A stretch of 63,058 bases of DNA from assembly GCF_001194135.2 (NCBI RefSeq), contig NC_068983.1, positions 87,843,280 through 87,906,337 of the forward strand, given 5' to 3'. The DNA is from Octopus bimaculoides. Taxonomy: Eukaryota. This document shows positions 51,840-63,058 of the stretch, one piece after another. The notes under the pieces were generated by a model. It was not told the DNA's origin, made no database searches, and worked only from the letters and a program-made list of their open reading frames with translations. The first letter of the stretch is position 1, and the number at the start of each line of letters is the position of its first letter. The position numbers were made by a program, and so were the translations under genes.

Positions 51840-54092
51840 TTTATCACTTTGAACCTCGGGATCCAATTGACTACTACCACCCAGATTACATGCATTCGAC
51901 GTTCCGGAAACTGTTGGACGATTTCGTATCATGGCCTCGACCTATAAAAGCTTTGCCGGAAACTAACCCCATCAAACCGTATTCTGCAGATGCTGTTACC
52001 TACGTTCGTGGCCATACACCCCTCTCAAGCAGCAGCAACATTAGCAATAGCAGCAGCGGCAGCAGTTGTATTGGTGGTATTGATGGTAGTAGTAGTGGTG
52101 GTGGTGGCGGCGGTGGAGGTACCTGTAGTGGCAGTGATCACAGTATCAGCAATGACAACAGCAACTGCAGCAATCATAAGAACAACAATATCAACGGCAG
52201 CAGCAGTGATGTAACAAAGGACAACAACAATAACAACAACAATAAAAATATTAATAATAATAATAATAATATTAATAATAATAATAATAATAAGACATCG
52301 CTGACAAGATCAATTTTAAAACAGCATTATCCTACCCACCATCATCACCACCATCATCACCATCATCATCATCACAACCAGCATCAGCAGCAACAGTATC
52401 ATCATCATGGTTATTCTCATCGTCACCTCCGGGAGGGAAAAGAAGGCGAAGAGGAAGAGCAAAAACGTCAAGTAAAAGAACAAGAAGAAGAAGAACAGTT
52501 GCAGCAGCAGCAGCAGCATCAACAAGATGAACAGCAGCAACAACAACCAAAAGAGCAGGAGGAGCAAGAAGAACAAGAATGCTTTCTTAACTCAAACATA
52601 CAAAATTTCAAGTCGAAATCTTACCTTAACTCCGACATCAACAACAGCATCAACAACAGTAAACATGATGACAGAGATCATCTGAATTACAGTCACCGAA
52701 GGGATGGCAACGAGACTATTTACGATGACACTATTATGAATTGTCACTACGATTCGAAACTGTATCCTAAAGACTTCACCGTCCCAACTTCTTCGTCCAT
52801 TTCCATCTCCACTTCTTCCACATCCTCGTCCCCCGCTGAAAACATTATCACTCAGAGCCCCTCCTCTCCTCCGAACCCGCCCTCACCACCATCACCAATC
52901 ATAGGAGACGAAGGCAACCACCGTCCCGACGAAAGCTACCGGCGCATCCCGCATCCACACCAAAACTCATTACTGCATCATTTTCAACATCAGCAACATC
53001 AGCTGCTGCTCCAACAGCAACAACAACAACATCAATACCAACAACATCATCATCTCCAATCACACCAACATCATCTTCATCACCAACACCATCCACATCA
53101 TCTGCCGCATTTAACTAACTCGGCTTTTTTCACTCAACGTGAAATCCCAACTTACCCGTTTAGGACGGGTCTGGAAAATCTTCATCGCACCACTACGACC
53201 CTCCATGGCATCGGAGGAAGAGATAATCATGGAAATATTTCGGGTAGAAGCAATCTTGGTCTCAGCAATGTTGCTAGCATGGGTAACTCTGGTTTTGGTG
53301 TTGCAGCCCCTACAGTCGACAGTTCGAACGGCGCTGCTGGGGATTTGATTCGAGTTAGTATGGTCGGACCACCAGGGGTCGTCAGTCGATCCGGTTTAGG
53401 TGGGTTACTAGGTGGTCTTGCTCTCCACCATTCACCCACCACGGCAGCCCTGTCTTTCTCTCATATGCCCCCACAGTTCCATATGCATTCACACCAGCAC
53501 CACTCTAATTCGAACACACATAGCAATCACAACAGCATGAACGGTGGCAGCAACAACAGCCAACACCCACACCAGCATAATCATCATCACCATCACCATC
53601 ATCCACTTGGACAACAACCACAACCATCACAACAACAACAGCCCCATCACCATTCCCACCCACTTCAGAACCACCCTCATTCAGTACTGCATCCATCTCA
53701 CCAGACGAGTCCTCAATCCCAGACTTCATTACCACCACCGCCGCCGCCACCACCACTGCCACCACCACCACCACCACCACTACCACCACCATTGCCACCA
53801 GCCCCGCCACCTCCACCACCGTCTCAAGCATCCATCATACCACCGTTGTCTCTCTGTTCGTCCACTTCGATATCGCCTCCTCCTCCGTCTTCGATTTCCC
53901 TCTCCTCGTTGCAGGCAACAGTGACTGACAAACTCTTCCAGTGTAAGCAGTGTGGCAAGTGCTTCAAACGTTCCTCAACTCTGTCAACCCACTTACTCAT
54001 TCACAGTGACACTAGACCCTATCCGTGTCAGTACTGCGGTAAGCGCTTCCATCAGAAATCTGACATGAAGAAACACACATACATCCACACAG
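51840..54092 (+). CDS. sens: Large internal coding exon of a senseless/Gfi1-family C2H2 zinc-finger transcription factor; two fingers at 53936-54092
   Basis: Open frame over 2253 nt ending [53 protein letters not shown], the near-invariant Gfi1/Gfi1b/Senseless/PAG-3 finger pair (Gfi1 ZF3-ZF4). Acceptor: T-run then atcttcgcAG at 51838-51839; frame is open from 51842 ([17 protein letters not shown]...). Donor CACAG|GTAAGC at 54093, phase 1 within the HTG linker. The ORF-track residues after HTG are intron read-through. Confidence 0.92.
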
Positions 54093-54111
54093 GTAAGCAC
54101 CCACCAGCAGG

Positions 54112-54122
54112 ATATATATGTA

Positions 54123-54204
<82 letters not shown>
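54112..54204. repeat. (TA)n tract starting ~19 nt after the zinc-finger exon donor
   Basis: Read directly from the sequence. Confidence 0.95.
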
Positions 54205-54205
<1 letters not shown>

Positions 54206-54207
<2 letters not shown>

Positions 54208-55810
54208 GGGAAAGTAAAAATAAAAAAGAGGAAATGCTCATTGGATATTAAAAAAATAATGTTTTTTTTATGAAAGTAACGATATATATATACAATTAGA
54301 TTAACTGAGGTAGAATTAAGCGGTATAAAAGTCATTATTATGAATTGTTAAAGATGATTTAGAGTCATACCGGTATCGTCAAAAGTTGCTATTTAAAGGA
54401 GAACTGAAAGAGGTATTTAGATGATTGCTTTATACTTTGGAAAGATAGCATGGACAAACTCCTCGATTTCAAAATAATGCTTAACAATATCAATAGCAAC
54501 ATACAATTCACCATGGAACACAGCAACAAACAACTTCCTTTTCTTGACATCCTAATTAAAATAGTCAATAACCACATCGAAACAGACATCTTCTATAAAC
54601 CCACAGATTCAAAACAATACCTATTATTCAACTCATTCCACCCCAAACACATAAAAATTAATATACCTTGTAATCTAGCAAAAATAATCTGTACCATAGT
54701 TTCGGACACCAATACTCGTGAACGAAGACTCCTTGAACTCAGATCAATACTAATCAAGAGATATTATCTAACATCATTAATAAATGATGGGATTAAACGA
54801 GCAAAGTAATTAGACATACGAACATTAAGGGAAGTCAACCGAAATACTACACCAGACTTAAAAACACTCCCATACATCTAAACACACAGAAACAATGAGG
54901 CCTTCAACATCATTATCCAAAATCTACCCATTCTCACAGGAAATAAAACAATTAACAAAATTTTAGGCTCACACAATTCTCAAGAGCAAAATGCAAGTGA
55001 AATCATTGAAAAAATATTAACCAGCGTAAGACTATATCCATTAACAACGGGACCAAAAGTGAAAAAATGCGGGGTGGGGGCTTAACTGTGGCACATGCTC
55101 CCAACTTTTGGAGGGTACAGAGTTCCACTTTAAACAAGGTTAAATATTTAAGATAAAATCAAATTTTACCTGTGCCTCGGAAAAACTAATTTCTGCTATT
55201 AGGGTGCAGAAATCCCAAAATAGGCCAAACAGGAATGTCACTCCGACGAAGAACAACTCTTCACAAAGAACAAATCTGCTACCCACAATACAGACAGATA
55301 CTGGTCAGTGAATATATAGAAAGTTGTGCTAGGAACCTTAAACCCAACTTCCTAATTTTCCCTTTCTATCAATGTTCACAGAACACCTCAGTACAGCAAA
55401 GAATAAATAAAGAGGCAACTTTCATTAATAAATATCTTCCACAATTCAGCATGAGCACAACATAATACAGGACACTACTAACCTTACCAATAATACAACT
55501 AATTTCCATACATCCCATACACCATTCATATTACAGTATTTATTTCTACCCTAATTACACCACTTCCAGGACTGCTTACCGCCCTTGCATGTAATCTTTT
55601 CACTCAGGGACTATTAGACCCGACAGTTTGGAAATCGGTGCTCATTCAAAGTCAGCTTTTAACGATACCGGTATGACTTTTATACCTCTTAATTCTTCCT
55701 CAGTTCATCTAATTGTATATATATATATATATATATCGTTACTTTTCATAAAAAAGCCTTTATTTTTACATCCAATGTACATTTTCTCTTTTTTCTTTTT
55801 ACTTTCCCCT
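54206..55810 (+). mobile_element. 5'-truncated Penelope-like retroelement (RT C-terminus plus GIY-YIG endonuclease remnant) with inverted terminal repeats
   Basis: ORF 54450-54809 (LNNINSNIQFTMEHSNKQLPFLDILI...TDIFYKPTDSKQYLLFNSFHPKH) is a typical PLE RT thumb region. It is followed by a frameshifted CGTC Cys motif and a QTGMSLRRRTTLHK...EATFINKYLPQF GIY-YIG-like segment. 54206-54335 is the diverged reverse complement of 55673-55810. Confidence 0.85.
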
Positions 55811-55856
55811 ATTTATACCACGTGTAGTCTCTTTTCTCCTTGAAACCTATGTCTGT

Positions 55857-55911
<55 letters not shown>

Positions 55912-55991
55912 TTTAAGTGTGTGTTTGTATGCATGCATGTATGTATGTATGTATGTATGTATGTATGCATGTATGTATGCATGTATATATA

Positions 55992-56042
<51 letters not shown>

Positions 56043-57392
56043 TGTAATTAAAAAATTAAATAAATGACCAAGGAACGAGAAATAATGTAATGAACTTCAT
56101 TAGCTTACAGCTGTTTCTGTCATAAGATGCAATATACTCATAGTCGAGCGCTTGCGTGACACGTTATTTATATACAGAAAACATTATCATCGAAAAATTA
56201 TAAAAATATGACGGAAAAATATATATTTTTTCGAAGGTAATATTTTCTAAATATAAATGGTTTACCAAATAAAATTGCACTTCACTTTTGAAGCTCCAAC
56301 TATAGATTGTACTCAAGCATGATTGCAACGCATCATATAGCAGAAACAGCTGTAAGTTCACTAAGTTCATTATATAATTTCTTATTCCTTATGTTTTTTA
56401 TGATGTTTTCTTTTTATTACGCTCTATTCTCAATTAACGATCCTTTCTAAAACATATGCATATTGAGTTCTAACATCGAGTTGTTAGTACCGCCATACAT
56501 AACGCTTCAAACGCTAAGGGCTTGTGATCTTTGGTGTTTTATTGATAATCTCACATATCTATAAAATTCCACACATTGCACATATTGATCTACAGGTAGT
56601 TGAACGGAATCGTATCTAGCTGATAAGAGTGTGAGAGTAAACTGGTCACATATATTAATGCCACCAGACTGTGAGAGCATTGTTCCTGATAAAATGTAAA
56701 AGAAAATGCATGTTTTAATGCCTGTGTTAGTGTGAGTGTGTTTCTATGTTCCTATGTGTTTTCATGTCTCTATGTGTGTCAACTCTGAGACGGGAAGGCA
56801 GTGCCGATTACCTTTTACTATGCATACTATATATGAGTGTATGTATATACGTTTGTTTATGCGTTAAGTATAAATTACTCTTTTGGACAACTATTTCGAT
56901 CAGACAACCATTCCGTCGACTGTATTTATCTACGGATTGAAAAGAATTGAATTTAACATGTCGATGACAATGTTTTCAGATAATCACGTAATCGTTGAAG
57001 TAAATTTTATCTCTCATGCATCATAGAATTTGAGGTTCTCAGGAAATCTTGAGAAATGTTCCAGCAGGTAGATATTAGCTCGCACCCCTTTATTTGGGAT
57101 TTGGGTAGTCTGGTGAATAATGTTGCATTAAGAGGGATTCGGCAACTCTTTCATTCAATCTTAAAATCATCGATTGCTATTTTCTTCGTTTGATGCAGTT
57201 AAAAATATCTCTGTTCAATTCTGCTGACAAATACTGTCAACCAAAAGGTTAACTGAACGAAAATGTGATCCAGATTATAATGCTTGTTTATCCAACTCCA
57301 TAAACAAGCACATATAAGATTCTTACATTCTATAGATTTCTAACACTATAATATCTATTCAGAAATTTTACTTTAGTATCGCAAAATATAAA

Positions 57393-57439
<47 letters not shown>

Positions 57440-58015
57440 CACACACACACATGCATTGTAGAAGTTGCTTATTGTGATTATATGGGAATGATATCATTTA
57501 AATAACGATAACTTCTTGATAAAATTGAACAGAAGAGATAATAGCCAGAACATGTTTGACACCCACTTTGATAACAATAACCGTTTGATAACATTATCCC
57601 ACTATAATAATCTACCTCCCATTAGACACACACACATAAACAAATATATATATCACAAACACTTAATGTAAAGTGGTGGTGGTGGTGGTGGTGGACAAAC
57701 ACAGACGCAAAGATTCACACATTCGTTCGACTAAAATTCTTCAAGACGGTGCCCCAGCCTGGCTGCAATCTAATGACTGAAACAAGTAAAAAAAAAGATA
57801 TATACATATTTATACATATATACACACGCGCGCGCGCACTCAAGCACACACACACACATATGTGCGTATATGTGTGTATATGCTTGTAGGCATGAAAGTA
57901 TGTATGCGCGCGCGTGCTTTGTTTACGTCTACGTAACATACGAGTTTGGCAAAAGAGACCGATAGAATAAGTACCGTACTCGAGAAAAGAAGCTTAATAA
58001 TATTGTATAATATAT

Positions 58016-58148
58016 CAAATTCCGTCGAAGTCGACTTTGCCGTTCATCTTTCGGGGTCGATAAATTAAGTACCAGTTTCGTACTGGGTCGATCTAATCGA
58101 CTGGCCCCCTCCCCCCAAATTACGGGCTTTGTGCCTAGAGTAGAAAGG
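58016..58148 (+). mobile_element. 5'-truncated SINE B with 17-bp TSD
   Basis: TSD AATATTGTATAATATAT (57999-58015) / AATATCGTATAATATAT (58149-58165). Confidence 0.85.
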
Positions 58149-58658
58149 AATATCGTATAATATATGCATTTTGTGTAGTAAATAGTTTCTCCTTTGCTTG
58201 TAAAAATCAAACATTCACCAAACATTTGCAGAAACACACAAAGATAAACTCATGCTCGTATCTCCATCCATCTTTCCCGATCATCATCGTCATCATCGTA
58301 ATCATGATCAAGATGATCCTTATTATCGTCATTGATGGCTAAGTAAGTCAAGTATGAGCAGCGACACTCCTACTAAGTGAACGCCTTCTGTTGTGACCGG
58401 AGACACTCACTCACTCACCCGTTACGGCACGAATGTTTTCATTCATAACACTGAAGCCAAACACCCTTAAACTATTGAGGATTACAACACGAACCCTGTA
58501 CGTACTCGAAATATGCACTTAATAGACATGGTTTTTGTTGTGTATGTATTCAAGTGAGAGGGTATTATTTTGCTAGGGGATATGTACTGATGACCTGAGT
58601 ACATTAAGGGTTTCGACGCACCCGTAAGACACGATCCTAACCGAAACACTACTCTACG

Positions 58659-58755
<97 letters not shown>

Positions 58756-59423
58756 GAAGAGAGACGGAGAGAGGGAGAGAGAGTAAAAAGAGAAAAGAGA
58801 GGAGAGAGAATGAGAGTGTTTGACCCCGGCATTGTTTATAAAAGGAATTATCAAAATTTTGTGACTATCTTTTATATTGGACATTATTATGAGTGAAAGA
58901 AGTGAGGAAGTGTGAACAAGTAGCTTAAAATTCCCTACATAAAGGAGACCTGTGCACTTATAGCTTACGGTTGAATTTAGATGAGTTACAATTCAAGAAG
59001 CTTCAACCTCTAGTATAATATATGCACTCTATTCAATGTATTGAATACTCATCCACCTCTAGTTATAAAATCAAATACTAAGTCATACATACATACATAC
59101 ATACATACATACAGAGAGACAGACATACATATATGCATACACACACACGTAAATATTCATATAGACATACATATACATAAGTGTGTATATATATATTTAC
59201 AAAGTATACATATACAGATATACAGACATATATATATATACATATATATAGATACATATACGTATATATATATATATATATATATATAGGTTAAAAAAAA
59301 CACAAAAAACAATAACAAAAAACAACAAAGTGAGGACGTGATACGGATAGTGTTATTGGACGCTCCGGAAAGGAAGGATATATATATATATATANNNNNN
59401 NNNNNNNNNNNNNNNNNNNNNNN

Positions 59424-60473
59424 AAAATGTCGATGCGCAGCGTTAAAGGAAAAAACAAATACTATTTCGAACTTCATGCAATAAAATTCTTAAATAACAC
59501 AGTTCTGCCTTTGGTGTGACAACATAAACATGGCTTCTTTGAAAAAATTCAAATGGCCTTCCACTTTTTTCCCTCGCATTTTTCTTTGCCATTCTTTGTT
59601 ACGGTTTCAAGTGAAATACATGGGTACTTCAGCATAAAGTAATGTTTTTGCAAAGTCATCATTGATGCACAATGAAAAGAATTCTGTCAATGTTGTTCTC
59701 ATATGTCGTTCATTGACAGCCATATATATCCTCCCTATTTCTGATCAATATTCTTTGTTCATCTGGTAGATGAACTGCCAGTTTCACTATTGCAGGCGCT
59801 CTTTCATGAATTGAAAATCCTAAAATGGATGCAACTGCTACGGATGATCCAATATACGTATCCACTGGATATTGACTAATTTCGTTATCGTTGTTTATTT
59901 GAACAGCAACTTGGTCATTTCTTTTCAGCATGTACTTCATGACTCACTTATTTGACCTCACTGAGGCAACGATTTCAACGTTGCTGTGGAATTTGAATGC
60001 TCTTAAAAGAGTTTCCTTGTAAGGTACAACCCATTTGCTGCTGTTTGTTTTTTCATTATTATGAGATTCAACTCCTCCAATTGTAACTGATCTTCGTCTG
60101 TAAAGAGACAGTCTCTGTGTTTGTTTTTCTGCCTTTGGTTAAGATTATAAAGATTAATATTTTATTTTAATTAAAATAGTAATTTTCCCCTTTAAGAAAA
60201 AAATCAAGTATTTGTGATTCAAGAAGCATCTCATAAAAATATAGGGAGAATTTCTGTCTTTCAAGGCCACGCAGTCCGAAAGTTGTATAAATGATTAAAG
60301 GAAGAAAATGGAAAATAAGAAAAAAGAATGGACTGCAGTAGCTACGACGACTCTTTGAAGTGTCGACATTTTCAACTTGATATTTTTTTCTTAAAAGGGG
60401 GAAATGAGTATTTTATTTGTAATCTTTATCATCTTAATAAAATGGCAGGAAAACAGACAAACTTTGAGTTTTA

Positions 60474-60480
<7 letters not shown>
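59424..60480 (-). mobile_element. Degenerate Helitron RepHel fragment, with a possible 5' terminus near 60480
   Basis: Minus-strand translations give KWVVPYKETLLRAFKFHSNVEI...MKYMLKRNDQ, ILGFSIHERAPAIVKLAVHLPDEQ and TTLTEFFSLCINDDFAKTLLYAEVPMYFT, all characteristic Helitron Rep-to-helicase linker motifs. Stops and frameshifts are present. The terminus assignment is weak. Confidence 0.85.
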
Positions 60481-60548
<68 letters not shown>

Positions 60549-60558
60549 CATACATACA

Positions 60559-60596
<38 letters not shown>

Positions 60597-62287
60597 TATA
60601 AATAAGAGCAAAAGAAAAAAAATTATATGCCAATATACTGAAAAATAGACTTTAGATCATTAACCACGTACAATATTTTTCACTATAAATGCACAGCGTG
60701 TAGTGTCATCCAGGTATAGAAATCCTCGAATTCGTATACTTAGATATGTTTTAGCAGTATTCCTATAATATATTATAAATATAAATAGAATTAAAATAGA
60801 ACGAGAAGCATCATTAGTATTATGATGTGAAAAATAAAGAGAAGCAGTTATGGTCAATACTGGATTCCGTTTGATCATATATCTAACTATTTTGTCTGAA
60901 CTGACTTGCAACGCAACAAGAATCCAGCGCAGCATCATATAGAATCGATATTAACTTCCTAAATATAATTTCAAACAAAAGTTAACAGCTGAACGCTTGT
61001 TTAATGGGTGTCAGATTTATCGTCAACGTTAAATAAGGAAAGTAAGATCTCAAAAGCATTCGGCTTTTGCTTCTCGTCCATTCTGTCACATTCATTATAT
61101 ACGAAGAATCAGCTACCATAACGGCCTTCATTACTACATACAGGAGACAAGATTAAAACAAGTCTTCGTATATTTATATANNNNNNNNNNNNNNNNNNNN
61201 NNNNNNNNNNNNNNNNNNNNNNNNNNNNNNNNNNNNNNNNNNNNNNNNNNNNNNNNNNNNNNNNNNNNNNNNNNNNNNNNNNNNNNNNNNNNNNNNNNNN
61301 NNNNNNNNNNNNNNNNNNNNNNNNNNNNNNNNNNNNNNNNNNNNNNNNNNNNNNNNNNNNNNNNNNNNNNNNNNNNNNNNNNNNNNNNNNNNNNNNNNNN
61401 NNNNNNNNNNNNNNNNNNNNNNNNNNNNNNNNNNNNNNNNNNNNNNNNNNNNNNNNNNNNNNNNNNNNNNNNNNNNNNNNNNNNNNNNNNNNNNNNNNNN
61501 NNNNNNNNNNNNNNNNNNNNNNNNNNNNNNNNNNNNNNNNNNNNNNNNNNNNNNNNNNNNNNNNNNNNNNNNNNNNNNNNNNNNTATATATATATATATA
61601 TTTATATATAGGGAGTGTGTATGTATGTATGTGTGTGTATGTATGTATGTGTGTGTATGTGCGTGTGTGTATCCGGTTCTAACTCTTCTCTTTCCCTCAC
61701 TCTCACTTTACATGGTGATACTTCCTTCATCACTTCTATTTAAGTTCCCCCGTACAGATATGACATTGTGGTCAGTTATATGATACAATATGGATTTTAT
61801 TATAAGCATCTTTCGTCTGATTCAATCACACGCATTCAAATAGTGCAGTTTGTTACCTTACTTCGTACTTAACTTTTCCTACCCACCAAATCTTCTATTT
61901 CATTAAACTCTTCCTTCTGCCCCATTCTCTCCCCTTTTACTTCTTCTTCACATAATATTCATCAGAGCTTTTTAGTAATTCCTCCTCCATTTCATATCTT
62001 CAGCCAGTAATACTTCATTTTACATCTTTCTTTATTTTTTCTTTTCTGCTTAAAATAAATATTCTAACACCTAACTTTCTTTATTTAATCAACTTTTGTT
62101 TCCCTTCATTCATTCTTTTCCTCCGGTCACTGCATTCTCGATCCTTTTCTCTTCTCTTCCTGTATCGTCCCCCTTTTGGCTGCTATATATCTATTTAGGT
62201 GTTACTTTTTATTCTTTGTGTTGTTTATTTTTCATTGCTTTCTCTTTTCAACCCTGTTTCTCATTCTATCTACCTATCAATCAATGA

Positions 62288-62366
<79 letters not shown>

Positions 62367-62540
62367 CATCAATCTGTATGTCTCTCTATCGACTTACCAA
62401 TCTATCAATCAGTCTATCTGCTTGTCTATCTATCTATGTTTCTTTCTTTTTCTCTCTTTTCGTTGTTCTCCATATTTACTCTCCTTCCATATCTCCATAC
62501 CTCTAGCTCTTGTATGTCAGTCTCTAGCCTTGTCTCTTCC

Positions 62541-62583
<43 letters not shown>

Positions 62584-63005
62584 GATCTATCTATCGCACT
62601 CCCTTTCTTTCAGTATTTCTCCTTTTTCCGCATTTCGGCACCCTTACTCTTTCTTTCTAACTTTCCCTTTCTGAAATCTTAACACCGGAAGTCGTATCTG
62701 TAGTTGTTTTACCAGCAAACGTTTTGTCTCGGTAAACAGAGCAGACGTTTGTAACACGGACGGAAGTGGGCAAGTTCAATGAATTTCACGCTGGCAAAAA
62801 CATGAATGAAACAAGGGGCAAATCCATGCAGAGTTGTGTGAAAATGATTGTGAAGAACTGTTAACATAATATGTTCGTTATTTTATGGATATTTCGACTT
62901 CGATTTCAGTGCATTTCACAATAGGGCAAGATTTCCACAAATACACAAAATACACACAAGTGTGCAGACACACATATACACCATATATATGTATGTGTGT
63001 GTGTG

Positions 63006-63058
<53 letters not shown>

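Noticed and set aside
52316-53831. Antisense and alternate-frame ORFs overlapping the large exon
   Set aside because: They are shadows of trinucleotide-rich coding sequence with no independent signals.
51890-54217. The 775-aa ORF taken as a complete single-exon gene
   Set aside because: The frame is open upstream of the ATG to a strong acceptor at 51839. A consensus donor at 54093 interrupts the HTGEKP linker, and the tail ([11 protein letters not shown]...) is intronic (TA)n.
56950-57330. Possible Tc1 remnant (minus-strand HYSPDYPNP resembling SPDLNP)
   Set aside because: A single short motif with no TIRs and no second catalytic motif I could confirm.
58587-58650. CTGATGA...GAAAC as a hammerhead ribozyme
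   Set aside because: Stem II does not close next to the core and no NUH cleavage triplet follows GAAAC.

Overview
AT-rich, microsatellite-saturated animal genomic DNA with about 19 N-gaps, most bounded by simple repeats. The SINE families and repeat landscape look like an octopus (coleoid cephalopod); this is an inference from pattern recognition, not a database search. There is one host gene, on the + strand: a senseless/Gfi1-family C2H2 zinc-finger transcription factor. Its visible parts are a 2253-nt low-complexity exon (51840-54092) ending in two diagnostic fingers, and a phase-compatible 210-nt candidate exon about 18 kb upstream (33649-33858). The first exon and the last two fingers are not visible (outside the window or inside gaps). 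The rest is transposon debris: two tRNA-derived SINE families, five R4/Dong-type RLE-LINE segments tied to (TAA)n, L1/Tx1, RTE and Penelope-like elements, two Tc1/mariner relics and a Helitron fragment. The most notable observations are (i) a senseless-type finger architecture behind a giant poly-amino-acid exon, (ii) a Penelope element whose ~130-bp inverted repeats start 113 nt after that exon's splice donor (candidate dsRNA/ADAR substrate), (iii) minimal hammerhead-ribozyme-like folds with non-canonical cores in Penelope-type terminal repeats, and (iv) opposite-strand use of TAA/TTA arrays by different retroelements. I cannot demonstrate a wholly new system from sequence alone. TE boundaries are approximate (tens of bp) unless TIRs or TSDs are given.
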